Shown: positions 7,946-17,884, counted from the first letter of the stretch. The stretch: 64,000 nucleotides of DNA from Candidatus Methanophagales archaeon (GCA_017883965.1 JAFNKG010000001.1:14893-78892); one strand, 5' to 3'. Made by a program: numbers and translations. Notes: generated by a model not told the origin, from the letters alone.

Positions 7946-10357
7946 ATGCTATTAAAGACGCTAACACTGCGGAATTACCGAAAATATAAGAATGCGTATG
8001 TTGAATTCCCGGATGGTGTTATAGGCATTACAGGATTGAATGGAGTGGGAAAAACGACTTTGATAGAGGCAATAGGCTGGGTCTTGTTCGGACATCACGC
8101 CGCAAGGACAACAAAAGAACTTATAAAAAGGGAAGGTGCATCGTCGAATGAGTCTTGCAGTGTTGCTCTGGAATTCGAGCTGGAAGGCGATGGGTATAAA
8201 GTAGTAAGAGAAATGGCAGGTAAGAATTTAGTGCCAAAAGCAAGTCTCGTTATCAATGGAAAACACATAACCAACAATGCTGACGAGGTTACGGGAGTCA
8301 TAGAGGACAGAATAAGCATGGATTATCAGTCTTTTTTCACTTCGGTTTTCGCAAGGCAGAAGGAGTTGAATGCGCTGTCAACAATGAAAGCAGCGGAGAG
8401 GAAAAAGCTCGTGCTTCGAATGCTCGGCATAGAAAGGATAGAAAAGAGTATACAGACGATAAGGGAGGAAAAGAGGGGGAAAGAGAAGAAGATAGAGGGT
8501 ATAAAAGCGGCAACCGTGGATAAAGAAGGCAGAAAGAAGATAGAAGTGCTTAAAAGCAAGAATGAAGAACAGGAGAAGACGAAAGATGCGCTTTTACCGA
8601 TTATAAAAGAAATAGATGATTCTAAAGTGGTGAAAGAGAAAGAGGCAGCGGAAGCGAAAGAAGAATTGGAAGCCGCTACGAGGAAATATGAGATATACGT
8701 GGAGCTGAGTAATACTATGGGCGAGAGAAGAAGCGACCTGGAGAATACGAGGAAGAGGCGGGAAGAGAAAGAAAAAGAGCTTCAGGATTTGCTCGTAAAG
8801 AATAAGCGGCTTGAAGGAATTGCAGAGAAAGAAACAGAATATTTCCGGTTTAGAGAGCAGAAGGATGCGATGGATGCGCTGCGGGAAAATTATCAGCGAA
8901 AGCAGGAGTTATTGAAGCGGGAAGAGAAGACCAGGGTGGAGTTAAATAAACGTGAAGAGAAAATAAGGGGGTTGAATGCGAGACGGGTAGAATTTGAGGG
9001 CATAGAGGATAAGGTGGAAGAGGTGAAGAAGGGGATTGAAGGGATAAGGAAACAAAAGGAGAGCATACATTCTTCGCTCGGCGCTTTTAAATCACTCGTA
9101 TTACAGAATAAAAAGGATATAGAAGAGAGTAAAGAGAAGAAGAAGAAAATAGAGGATTTGGGTCCTGATGGTGAATGTCCGATGTGCGAGAGGAAATTGG
9201 AAACGCACTACGAAACGTTGATAAAGAAGCTGAGTGAGGAGATAAAAAATAGAAAGGAGAAACTTCGTTCGATTTTTAATGAATACAAAAGTAAAAAGGA
9301 GGAACTTGCTTCTAAGGAAAAGGAGGGGGATTTGCTTATAAAGGAGGATAAGGAGCTGGAGAAACGTGTAACGGAGAAGCACGCACTGGATATAAGAATT
9401 GTGGATGAAGCACGTGAATTAGAGCGATGGAACAAGGAATTGGAGGTTATAAAAACAGATTTGACGCCTGTTATGGATGTGGAGTTTGATGAAAACGCCT
9501 ATAAGGACGTTATTTCTGCACTAAAAGGTCTTGAAGTGGTGTATAAGGAGATAATCGGGTTAAGAGCAGAGATAGGAAGGACTGAAGAAGTGAAGAATAA
9601 CGTGCGGACGTTGAGCGAATTGGAAAGCAAGGTTGTGGAGGATATAACGGCGTTGCAAAGACAAATAGAAGATTTAGCGTTTGATAAAATGGCGTATGTG
9701 GAGATGAAGGCGAGATACGAACGTAAGAAGGAGGAATTGAACGAAGTGAAGCTGAGGCTTCTGGAGAAGAGAAACGAGTTCGAGAACATGTGCAAGGACA
9801 TAGAGCGAGTATTGGAGGAGATAGAGGAGCAGAAGAGGTTAATGGAGGAGAAAGAGAAAGAAGAGACGGAGATAATGTATCTCAGCTTGCTTGAAAAGAT
9901 AATGAACGACTTCAAGGTGTACATGGTGGGTATGATTCGCCCGCTGCTTTCTGATTACGCATCTGATATGCTGAGAAGGTTAACGGATGGTAAATACAGC
10001 AAGCTGGAGCTGGATGAGAACTACGATGTGTTTATTTATGATGAAGGAACGCCATATGAGATAAACAGGTTCTCAGGTGGAGAGGAGGACTTAGCGAATC
10101 TTTGTCTAAGATTAGCGATTTCCGCTGTCGTCTCTGAAAGAAGTGCTATTCAAACTAATTTCATTATTCTCGATGAGATTTTCGGTTCGCAGGACGCATT
10201 TCGGAAAAGGAATATTATTCTGGCGTTGAACGAGCTCTCAAAGAAGTTTCGGCAGATATTTCTGATTACGCATATAGAGGACGTGAAGGATTATATGGAA
10301 TACGTGTTGAGGGTGACGGAAGATGAGGAGGGCGTGAGCTGGGTGAAGATAGGGTAA
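7946..10357 (+). CDS. Rad50/SbcC-like SMC-family ATPase with a zinc hook
   Basis: 803 aa. Walker A (GLNGVGKTT), long K/E-rich coiled coil, central CPMC zinc-hook, C-terminal FSGGEE signature and ILDEIFGSQD D-loop. No Mre11/SbcD gene is adjacent. Confidence 0.75.
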   Translation: MLLKTLTLRNYRKYKNAYVEFPDGVIGITGLNGVGKTTLIEAIGWVLFGHHAARTTKELIKREGASSNESCSVALEFELEGDGYKVVREMAGKNLVPKASLVINGKHITNNADEVTGVIEDRISMDYQSFFTSVFARQKELNALSTMKAAERKKLVLRMLGIERIEKSIQTIREEKRGKEKKIEGIKAATVDKEGRKKIEVLKSKNEEQEKTKDALLPIIKEIDDSKVVKEKEAAEAKEELEAATRKYEIYVELSNTMGERRSDLENTRKRREEKEKELQDLLVKNKRLEGIAEKETEYFRFREQKDAMDALRENYQRKQELLKREEKTRVELNKREEKIRGLNARRVEFEGIEDKVEEVKKGIEGIRKQKESIHSSLGAFKSLVLQNKKDIEESKEKKKKIEDLGPDGECPMCERKLETHYETLIKKLSEEIKNRKEKLRSIFNEYKSKKEELASKEKEGDLLIKEDKELEKRVTEKHALDIRIVDEARELERWNKELEVIKTDLTPVMDVEFDENAYKDVISALKGLEVVYKEIIGLRAEIGRTEEVKNNVRTLSELESKVVEDITALQRQIEDLAFDKMAYVEMKARYERKKEELNEVKLRLLEKRNEFENMCKDIERVLEEIEEQKRLMEEKEKEETEIMYLSLLEKIMNDFKVYMVGMIRPLLSDYASDMLRRLTDGKYSKLELDENYDVFIYDEGTPYEINRFSGGEEDLANLCLRLAISAVVSERSAIQTNFIILDEIFGSQDAFRKRNIILALNELSKKFRQIFLITHIEDVKDYMEYVLRVTEDEEGVSWVKIG

Positions 10358-10403
10358 TTGCTCAATATCTTGTGGACGGAAATCCTAAGCACTAAATCCA
10401 AAT

Positions 10404-10416
10404 AAGCCCTTTCAGG
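10404..10416 (+). terminator. short GC hairpin downstream of the Rad50-like gene
   Basis: GCCCTttcaGGGC lies immediately 3' of the stop codon. Confidence 0.3.
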
Positions 10417-10648
10417 GCTTGCGTGGACATGGGCGGAGCCCACGACTAAATAAATCGTACTTGTTTACCACTGAGCCCGCAGAGAACACAGAGAGTCAGA
10501 AAAATCATTTATCTCATCTCAGCGCTCTCCCTGATCTCGGCGGTAAACAAACACATAAATCTATATGACTGAAATAAGACATTCAAAACAAACCTTTCTT
10601 TAAAAAATAGAAAGATATATAAACGAAGAAAAAAATGAATTTGGTGAT

Positions 10649-10960
10649 ATGCCAATAGATAGCGCAACCGCAGTAGAATTGGTAAACCTGGTTGCGGGTA
10701 TTTTCATATTAGCTGTGGCGATTTACGTAAAAAGGAAAGCCAATTTAGCCATATTCAATCGAGGATTGGACATAATAGCAGCTTCAGGAGCAATAAGAGT
10801 TGTTGGCTCTTTATTTCGGGCATACTACACTTACACTGATTCACTTGAGCTTATTCCCTGGGGTAGGGCGTTTTTGGTGGTTGGTAGGGTCGTGTTAGTG
10901 ATTGGACTATATGTATTTGCAATGGCGGTATTAAAAATATGTAGTGAGGAAAGAAGATGA
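10649..10960 (+). CDS. small membrane protein of unknown function
   Basis: 103 aa with about three hydrophobic helices. Its stop overlaps (ATGA) the start of the downstream Roadblock gene. Confidence 0.5.
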   Translation: MPIDSATAVELVNLVAGIFILAVAIYVKRKANLAIFNRGLDIIAASGAIRVVGSLFRAYYTYTDSLELIPWGRAFLVVGRVVLVIGLYVFAMAVLKICSEERR

Positions 10961-11316
10961 ACGGGTCAGAACTGGAGCTTGCGCTGAAGGATTTAGTAGC
11001 GACAGAAAGCGTAAATGCCTCCGCAGTGGTTACGAAGGATGGAATAATGGTAGGATTTTTGAACAAGTATGCTCAAGAAGAGGTGTCACCATTATCAGCA
11101 GTGGTAGCAATGATGGCGAGAACGGCGGAGAAATGCACGAGAATGCTTGAAAAGGGCGATATGGAAGAGATAATAACGAAGGCTGGCGGTGGCGTGATAT
11201 TAACGAAGAAGTACGAAGGGTTTATATTCCTCGTGGCTGCGGATAAAGGCTTTGATTTTGACTCTATTAAGCCAAAAATGGAGAGGGTAAAGGATGCTAT
11301 CAGGGGTATGGTATGA
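10957..11316 (+). CDS. Roadblock/LC7 (MglB-like) domain protein
   Basis: 119 aa. Profile-like match to Roadblock/LC7 (ASAVVTKDGIMVGF...GGGVILTKKYEGFIFLVAAD). Confidence 0.7.
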   Translation: MNGSELELALKDLVATESVNASAVVTKDGIMVGFLNKYAQEEVSPLSAVVAMMARTAEKCTRMLEKGDMEEIITKAGGGVILTKKYEGFIFLVAADKGFDFDSIKPKMERVKDAIRGMV

Positions 11317-11482
11317 ACGTAATTGAAAAATGCAAAGTGCAAATTGAAAAGTGCAAAATAGGAAAAGCGAGGTTAGGGTAAAGGGAATAGATACAAAATT
11401 TGTATTTTAGGTGCTACGCTTACCCCCGGTATCGCGATAATTCCGCTAATATGAAATTTTGCAATTTGCACTTTTCATTTTC

Positions 11483-12199
11483 TTACCTGTATATCCTCGG
11501 ATACTTATACCTTTGCACATCTCCCCACTCAGCAGTGGCATTTATCATCGCATTCCAGAATCGTAGCTTGTTCAAAATCTCCTGCATCATTACATGCCGC
11601 TCGCCGAAGTGCTTTATCAAACTCTCCCTCACCTTCTTATATTCACCTTCGCTTTCCCTTTCCCTTCCACCTTCCCATCCCGCTTCCTTCTTCAGTTTCA
11701 CGGTGGTGAATGCAGCATGTCGAGAAACATCTTCCACTGCCAATCCTCTGTTCTCGGCGAGGAAACAAGAGATAATTTTCGCTACGAATTCCACATGCGT
11801 TCTTTCACCGGATAAACAAATCGTTACTTCCGTAGGATTTCGGTCATCGTTGGCATCTACTTTAATATCCACTGCGAAGCCTATATCTGCAATCTCTACA
11901 AGGTCTGATACGGATTCGATGGCATGAATCTCCTCTATACATCCAGTCGCATCCTCATCCGGGAGACATTCATCCGTATGAGCAAGAAACCAGTTCAGCA
12001 TCGTATTCGGGATGCAAACGCCTTTAATTCTCTTTTCTAGTTTCTTCGTCTCTTCAAGACTGCCAAATTTCCTCAGCATGAAATCAACGAAATCAATGAT
12101 TTCTCGCATCGCAGCGCTGAGATTGCCTTCGTGTTTATCCACTATTCTCCCTATTTTCCTTATATCTTCCTCATACAACGAGATGTTCTTTCGTATCAT
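11483..12199 (-). CDS. hypothetical protein; the N-terminus resembles a ribbon-helix-helix DNA-binding fold
   Basis: 238 aa. The N-terminus ISLYEEDIRKIGRIVDKHEGNLSAAMREII is RHH-like. The rest is unrecognised. Confidence 0.45.
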   Translation of the reverse strand: MIRKNISLYEEDIRKIGRIVDKHEGNLSAAMREIIDFVDFMLRKFGSLEETKKLEKRIKGVCIPNTMLNWFLAHTDECLPDEDATGCIEEIHAIESVSDLVEIADIGFAVDIKVDANDDRNPTEVTICLSGERTHVEFVAKIISCFLAENRGLAVEDVSRHAAFTTVKLKKEAGWEGGRERESEGEYKKVRESLIKHFGERHVMMQEILNKLRFWNAMINATAEWGDVQRYKYPRIYR

Positions 12200-12383
12200 C
12201 CTATCTCACTTACCTATATATAGATGATAAGTTATCACATTATTTAAATTGATTTGCCATAGGGAAAAGTTTTTGTTAAATTTGTAGTATAATTTCTCAA
12301 ATCATTTTTTTTGGGTGCTATAACATACATTTCCACTGCGCAAGAGCAAAAATAGAAGAGAGAAAAGAGGTGAAGAAAAAGAA

Positions 12384-13838
12384 ATGAAAGCCGTAATTTT
12401 GGCTGGCGGGTTTGGAACCCGGCTTCGTCCATTAACGTTCACGAAGCCGAAGCCGATGGTCCCGCTGGTGAATAAACCAGTGATAGAGCACGTGGTTGAC
12501 TATCTGGTCTCGCACGGATTGAACGATATCGTAGTGACCACGACGTTCCTTCGGGAGACTATCATGGAGCACTTCAGGTATAGAGAAGATGCGCGCATGA
12601 CATATCCGACAGAGCCATACCCGCTTGGAACTGCGGGGTCGGTGAAAAATGCGGGGTTAGATGAAGAAGAAGATGAACCTTTCGTGGTGATACAGGGCGA
12701 TAACATCACAGATATGAACCTGCGTGGATTAATAGATTTTCACCACGAAGCGGGAGGGCAGGTAACAATCGCTTTAACGCATGTGGAAGACCCGTGGAAC
12801 TATGGTATTGCAATGCTCGAAGGTAATGGCTGCATTAGTAGATTCCATGAAAAACCTGATAAGGGGGAGTGCTTTAGCAATCTGGCAAACACCGGGATAT
12901 ATGTGGTGGAGCCGAAGGCGATGGAATTTGTGCCTGAAGGGATGCCTTTCGACTTTGCAAAGGACCTTTTTCACCTGCTTCAGGCGAAGGGGAAAGGCAA
13001 AGGCAAAGGGAAAGGCAAGATGTTCGGATACGAGACAGATGCGGACTGCTTCTGGACAGACGTGGGTCAGCCTGAGGGATATATGAAAGCGATGGAATGG
13101 ATGTTAAAAAAGGCGAAGAGAGATGTGTTTATAGGAGAAAATGTGGAGATTAACGGTTCAGGGATAACAGGACCTACGGTAATAGGTAATAGTGTGGTTG
13201 TGGAAGAGAATTGTTCAGTAGGACCTAATGTGGTTCTATTTGAAGACGTCTATATCGGGAAAAACACGAGCCTTGAGCAGTGTTTCATTGGTGAACGCAC
13301 TATAACAGGAGAAAATGCCTCCGTAAAGGGTGCAATCATTGGTGCCCAATGCGAACTTGGAAACGACGTTGAAGTTCTTAAAGGGAATATATGGCCCTTT
13401 GTTACTATACCACACAGCACAACCGTGGATGACACCATAAAAAGATTCGTCAGATTCGATGCCAATGGAAATGGAACCGGAATCAGAAATGAAGGGGAAG
13501 GAAACGAGAACGAGAATTTATTACGCACTGTTTCGGATGAAGAGGCATTTTACTTTAACATGCGTAAAGGAGGGAAAATCGTTCATACCGGCTTCGTAGC
13601 ACGCAGTTTGGATATGTTTGTGGATATGTTGAAAAAAGTAGACCCGAGGGCGATAGAGTATCACCTCAGAGAGAGCTACAACGATTTCGCTGCATGGATA
13701 CGAGATGTGTACAGGGACGAGAAACTTGCATACGAAGTCGTTGATATGCACTGGTGGGAGCCGAGGAGCAAGTTGATTGGCAAGATACAGGAGCGCATAA
13801 GCGAATTGAAATCGAGCGTGAGGGTTGATGCTTTATGA
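12384..13838 (+). CDS. sugar-1-phosphate nucleotidyltransferase (NDP-glucose pyrophosphorylase-like) with a left-handed beta-helix and a unique C-terminal domain
   Basis: N-terminus MKAVILAGGFGTRLRPLT. Hexapeptide-repeat region, an internal (GK)5 insertion, and a ~140 aa C-terminal extension of unknown function. Lies upstream of the glycogen-synthase paralogs. Confidence 0.8.
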   Translation: MKAVILAGGFGTRLRPLTFTKPKPMVPLVNKPVIEHVVDYLVSHGLNDIVVTTTFLRETIMEHFRYREDARMTYPTEPYPLGTAGSVKNAGLDEEEDEPFVVIQGDNITDMNLRGLIDFHHEAGGQVTIALTHVEDPWNYGIAMLEGNGCISRFHEKPDKGECFSNLANTGIYVVEPKAMEFVPEGMPFDFAKDLFHLLQAKGKGKGKGKGKMFGYETDADCFWTDVGQPEGYMKAMEWMLKKAKRDVFIGENVEINGSGITGPTVIGNSVVVEENCSVGPNVVLFEDVYIGKNTSLEQCFIGERTITGENASVKGAIIGAQCELGNDVEVLKGNIWPFVTIPHSTTVDDTIKRFVRFDANGNGTGIRNEGEGNENENLLRTVSDEEAFYFNMRKGGKIVHTGFVARSLDMFVDMLKKVDPRAIEYHLRESYNDFAAWIRDVYRDEKLAYEVVDMHWWEPRSKLIGKIQERISELKSSVRVDAL

Positions 13839-14170
13839 CAACGAATGGTGAAGAAGAGAAGAAAGAGAGGATTGTAACAAAAATAACTAAGAAGAAGGCA
13901 GAACTGTCCATGCTCTCAACTTCTTTATTCACACCTGCTGGCAAGAATCCATATTATCTGAATAGGGGTAGCAGAGCGACAGCTATAAGAAACATGGCGG
14001 AATTGAGAGACCACCTTGGTGTATTCACTATGGAGGAGATTCCCTGGCTGGCATCGTGGATAGAATATCTTGGCGATCAGGAGACTGCGGATAGGCTAAG
14101 AGAAACGCCAGAAAAGTTCAAGGAAATCATTGAGGAGCGATACTACGCGCTTAGAGAATTTTCCAATTGA
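13835..14170 (+). CDS. hypothetical protein
   Basis: 111 aa. Start overlaps the upstream stop (ATGA). No recognisable domain. Confidence 0.45.
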   Translation: MTTNGEEEKKERIVTKITKKKAELSMLSTSLFTPAGKNPYYLNRGSRATAIRNMAELRDHLGVFTMEEIPWLASWIEYLGDQETADRLRETPEKFKEIIEERYYALREFSN

Positions 14171-14176
14171 ACTAAA

Positions 14177-15340
14177 ATGAGAATCGCATTGTTCAGTTGG
14201 GAATCTCTGCATTCGATTGCCATTGGAGGTGTTGCGCCACATGTTACAGAGCTCGCTGCTGCTCTTCAGAGGATGGGTAATGAAGTGCACGTGTTCACGA
14301 GGATGGGAAATGGACAGCAGCATTATGAGGTGATAGACGGAGTGCATTACCACCACTGCCCTTTCGACTTGAATCCTGATTTCTTGGCTGAGATGAACAA
14401 CATGTGTCGCTCCTTCGCTTATCACTTCTTCCAGACTGAGAACGTATCGGGCAATTTTGACATCAGTCATGGGCACGACTGGATGACTGCAAATGCACTC
14501 GCAGAGATAAGGAATGCCCGGAATAAGAAAACCGTTTTCACGCTTCACTCAACCGAATATGGAAGGTGTGGGAATGTTTTTCACGAAGGGAAATCAAAAG
14601 ATATAAGAAACTTAGAATGGTATGGCGGATTCGTCGCCGATAAAATAATAACCACTTCGGAAAGGATAAAGAACGAAGTTAAGTGGATATATAACTTCGA
14701 GGACTGGAAAATAGCGGTGATACCGAATGGGGTTTCGTTGCATAAATTCGATGGATTCATTGATCCATGGGGGAATGTGAAGAAATGGCATGGAGTTGGC
14801 GTTTGGGACCCTGTATGTCTATTTGTGGGGAGGATGGCCTTCCAGAAAGGGGCAGATTTGTTATTAGAGGCAATTCCTTCTGCTTTAAATGCGTTTCCTG
14901 ATGCTAAATTCTTTTTCATCGGTGATGGCTACCTGAGAAGCGGGTTAGAACAAAGAGCGGGGCAACTTGGAGTTCAGCACGCAACGAGATTCCTCGGCTA
15001 CATTTTGGAAGGCGACCTCATAAATTTCTACAAGGCATGTGATGCGGTATGCATACCTTCGAGGAACGAGCCTTTTGGAATAGTTGCATTGGAAGCATGG
15101 GCTGCTGGTAAGCCAATTGTAGTAACGCATAACGGTTTCGATTACGTCTGGCATGAGGTCAATGGGCTGAAGGTGTATGACAATCCGAATTCAATCGCTT
15201 GGGGAATAAAGAGCATATTTGGCGATTTAGAAAAGGCAAAGTGGATGGGCTCGAACGGAAGAAAGACGGCAGAAGGATTTTCGTGGGATAATATTGCAAG
15301 AATGACGATGGGCGTGTATGAGGAGATATTGAGATGGTAA
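14177..15340 (+). CDS. glycogen (starch) synthase-like GT-B glycosyltransferase, copy 1
   Basis: 387 aa. N-terminus MRIALFSWESLHSIAIGGVAPHVTELAAAL and C-terminus SRNEPFGIVALEAWAAGKPIV (E-x7-E) match archaeal glycogen synthases. Confidence 0.8.
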   Translation: MRIALFSWESLHSIAIGGVAPHVTELAAALQRMGNEVHVFTRMGNGQQHYEVIDGVHYHHCPFDLNPDFLAEMNNMCRSFAYHFFQTENVSGNFDISHGHDWMTANALAEIRNARNKKTVFTLHSTEYGRCGNVFHEGKSKDIRNLEWYGGFVADKIITTSERIKNEVKWIYNFEDWKIAVIPNGVSLHKFDGFIDPWGNVKKWHGVGVWDPVCLFVGRMAFQKGADLLLEAIPSALNAFPDAKFFFIGDGYLRSGLEQRAGQLGVQHATRFLGYILEGDLINFYKACDAVCIPSRNEPFGIVALEAWAAGKPIVVTHNGFDYVWHEVNGLKVYDNPNSIAWGIKSIFGDLEKAKWMGSNGRKTAEGFSWDNIARMTMGVYEEILRW

Positions 15341-15360
15341 ATAGAGATATGAAACAAAAA

Positions 15361-16524
15361 ATGAGAATAGCAATGTTTAGTTGGGAATCGTTATATTCAA
15401 TTGCAGTTGGAGGTATTGCACCACATGTTACAGAGCTCGCTGCTGCTCTTCAAAGAGCTGGGGATGAAGTGCACGTGTTCACAAGGATGGGAAATGGGCA
15501 GCAGCAATATGAGGTGATAGAGGGAGTGCATTACCATCGTTGCTCTTTCGACTCAAATCCCAATTTTATCCATAGGATGGACAACATGTGCCGCTCCTTC
15601 GCTTATCACTTCTTCCAGACTGAGAACGTATCAGGCAATTTTGACATCATTCATGGGCACGACTGGATGACTGCGAATGCGCTCGCAGAGATAAGGAATG
15701 CCCGGAATAAGAAAACCGTTTTCACGCTTCACTCAACTGAATACGGGAGATGCGGGAATGTTTTTCAGGGTGGGCAGTCGAAAGACATAAGAAATCTCGA
15801 ATGGTATGGCGGATTCGTCGCCGATAAAATGATAACCACTTCAGAAAGGATAAAGAAGGAAGCTGAGTGGATATATAAGTTCGAGGACCAGAAAATAGCG
15901 GTGATACCAAATGGAATTTTGTTACAGAAGTTCGATGGGTTCATTGACTCATGGGGGAACGTGAAGAAATGGCATGGAGTTGGCGTTTGGGACCCTGTAT
16001 GTTTATTTGTGGGGAGGATGGTCTTCCAGAAAGGGGCGGATTTGTTATTAGAGGCGATTCCTTCTGTTTCAAATGCGTTTCCCAATGCTAAATTCTTTTT
16101 CATCGGTGACGGGCACATGAGAAGCGGGTTAGAACAAAGAGCGAGTCAACTTGGAGTTCAGCATGCCACGAGATTTCCTGGTTATGTTTTAGAAGGCGAC
16201 CTCATAAATTTCTACAAGGCATGTGATGTAGTATGCATACCTTCAAGGAATGAACCTTTTGGAATAGTTGCGCTGGAAGCGTGGGCTGCTTGTAAGCCAA
16301 TCGTAGTAACGCGTAACGGCTTCGATTTCGTGGAGCAGGATGTAAATGGGCTGAAGGTGGATGCCAATCCGACTTCAATTGCAGCGGGAATAAGGAGCAT
16401 ATTTTCGGATCCCGAAAGGGCGAAGTTGATGGGCTCGAACGGAAAAAAGACTGCAGAGGGTTTCTCATGGGATAATATCGCAAGAACGACAATGGGCGTG
16501 TATGAGGAAATCTTGGGATGGTGA
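15361..16524 (+). CDS. glycogen (starch) synthase-like GT-B glycosyltransferase, copy 2 (tandem paralog)
   Basis: About 88% identical to copy 1. Start placed by homology at MRIAMFSWE. Alternative upstream starts lie at 15334 and 15349. Confidence 0.8.
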   Translation: MRIAMFSWESLYSIAVGGIAPHVTELAAALQRAGDEVHVFTRMGNGQQQYEVIEGVHYHRCSFDSNPNFIHRMDNMCRSFAYHFFQTENVSGNFDIIHGHDWMTANALAEIRNARNKKTVFTLHSTEYGRCGNVFQGGQSKDIRNLEWYGGFVADKMITTSERIKKEAEWIYKFEDQKIAVIPNGILLQKFDGFIDSWGNVKKWHGVGVWDPVCLFVGRMVFQKGADLLLEAIPSVSNAFPNAKFFFIGDGHMRSGLEQRASQLGVQHATRFPGYVLEGDLINFYKACDVVCIPSRNEPFGIVALEAWAACKPIVVTRNGFDFVEQDVNGLKVDANPTSIAAGIRSIFSDPERAKLMGSNGKKTAEGFSWDNIARTTMGVYEEILGW

Positions 16525-16566
16525 GAATCGTTTTTCAGGAAGAAGAGCAGAATAAAAAAGCTAAAA

Positions 16567-17043
16567 ATGAGCGTAAAAAAAGCAGTATGCACGCCTTTAT
16601 GCAAAGCGATGGTGGATACGCGGACATTAATAGCGATATTAGTTTTAGCAGTTTTATGGCGAATAGTTATGAGTATTGATCAAAAGGTAGCCCTTTGGGA
16701 GAGTATATGCTCCGGGATTTTTCTTTTTGTTCTCGGCTGGGCTCTCTTTCTCTATATTTATTGCTGGTCTGCACGGTTAAAAGGCTGGTTGGAATTGAAC
16801 AAAATTTATCTCTGGATTTCTATATGCACTATTGCAGTGAACTTTTATGTGATTGTATATTATGCGGAGAGATGGTATAGATTAGCGGTAGAGCCGGAAT
16901 ATGTGCTGCTTCTTGATTATGCATTCAGAAGTGTGCGATTCATAGCTTTGATTTTGTTCTACTGTGCAGTGGTCTGGATGAGTAGATGGCTGAAGAAGGT
17001 GGGGGCTGATTATGAATTGCTATTTAAGAAAGCGGAGGTGTAA
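16567..17043 (+). CDS. membrane protein of unknown function
   Basis: 158 aa with about four Trp/Tyr-rich hydrophobic helices. Confidence 0.5.
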   Translation: MSVKKAVCTPLCKAMVDTRTLIAILVLAVLWRIVMSIDQKVALWESICSGIFLFVLGWALFLYIYCWSARLKGWLELNKIYLWISICTIAVNFYVIVYYAERWYRLAVEPEYVLLLDYAFRSVRFIALILFYCAVVWMSRWLKKVGADYELLFKKAEV

Positions 17044-17045
17044 AA

Positions 17046-17450
17046 ATGGAAGAAAGTATAGTAATAAATGAGGATTCAACGGCAGAAGAACTCGCACCAA
17101 TAGCAAAGGCGGTTCATGATTTGCTCGTAATACCAGTGACAATGCGAAGCAAGAATAAAAAGGGTGTTAGAGTGGAAAAAGGAGAAGTTATAGATTTTGA
17201 ATATACGGGTCCGGTATTAGAACGAGTGTTGGATGAGAATCGAGTAATACGGACAACACCTCTTACGGGGAGATATGCGCGAATACCAGTTGTTGTTGCT
17301 CCGATTCGGAACAGGAAAGGGGAAGTTATAGCAGCTTTAGGCGTTGTGGACGTGGTTGGAACGGTGGATTTAGGAGCTGTATTTGCCGACTTCCCTCGTG
17401 TTCTCGAACAAATTAAGTCGTATCCTAAATACAAGTTAAAACGAGAATGA
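17046..17450 (+). CDS. hypothetical protein
   Basis: 134 aa. Tightly linked to the flanking genes. Confidence 0.45.
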   Translation: MEESIVINEDSTAEELAPIAKAVHDLLVIPVTMRSKNKKGVRVEKGEVIDFEYTGPVLERVLDENRVIRTTPLTGRYARIPVVVAPIRNRKGEVIAALGVVDVVGTVDLGAVFADFPRVLEQIKSYPKYKLKRE

Positions 17451-17482
17451 GTATAATTAACATTTTCTTTCTCCCTTCTTCG

Positions 17483-17884
17483 ATGAACAAAAAACTGATA
17501 AAGGAATTCCTGAAGAAAGAGAACGTTTTTGCAGTCGTTGGCGTTTCGAGAAACCCTGCGAAATATGGGCATCAGGTATATAAAGACCTGAAAGAAGCAG
17601 GCTATACCGTTTACCCTGTGAACCCTAATATTGACGAAATATTTGGAGAGAGATGCTATCATTCGCTAAGCGAACTGCCCGAAAAACCTGATGTTGTAGA
17701 TACAGTAGCCCCGCCAGTCGTTACAGAAAAGATAGTTGAGGAATGTAAGGAATTGGGAATAGAAAGAGTATGGATGCAGCCGGGTTCAGAATCCGAGAAA
17801 GGTATAAATTTCTGCACGCGAAACAAGATAAAAGTAGTGCATGATGCGTGTGTGATGGTGAAGAGAAGGGAAACTTCATTCTAA
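17483..17884 (+). CDS. CoA-binding domain protein (YccU-like)
   Basis: FAVVGVSRNPAKYGHQVYKDLKEAGYTVYPVNP matches CoA-binding Rossmann domains. Start set at the internal ATG at 17483. Confidence 0.6.
   Translation: MNKKLIKEFLKKENVFAVVGVSRNPAKYGHQVYKDLKEAGYTVYPVNPNIDEIFGERCYHSLSELPEKPDVVDTVAPPVVTEKIVEECKELGIERVWMQPGSESEKGINFCTRNKIKVVHDACVMVKRRETSF

Noticed and set aside
11400-11927. 175-aa plus-strand ORF
   Set aside because: Antisense to the better-supported 238-aa gene at 11483-12199. Ser/Leu-rich low-complexity translation.
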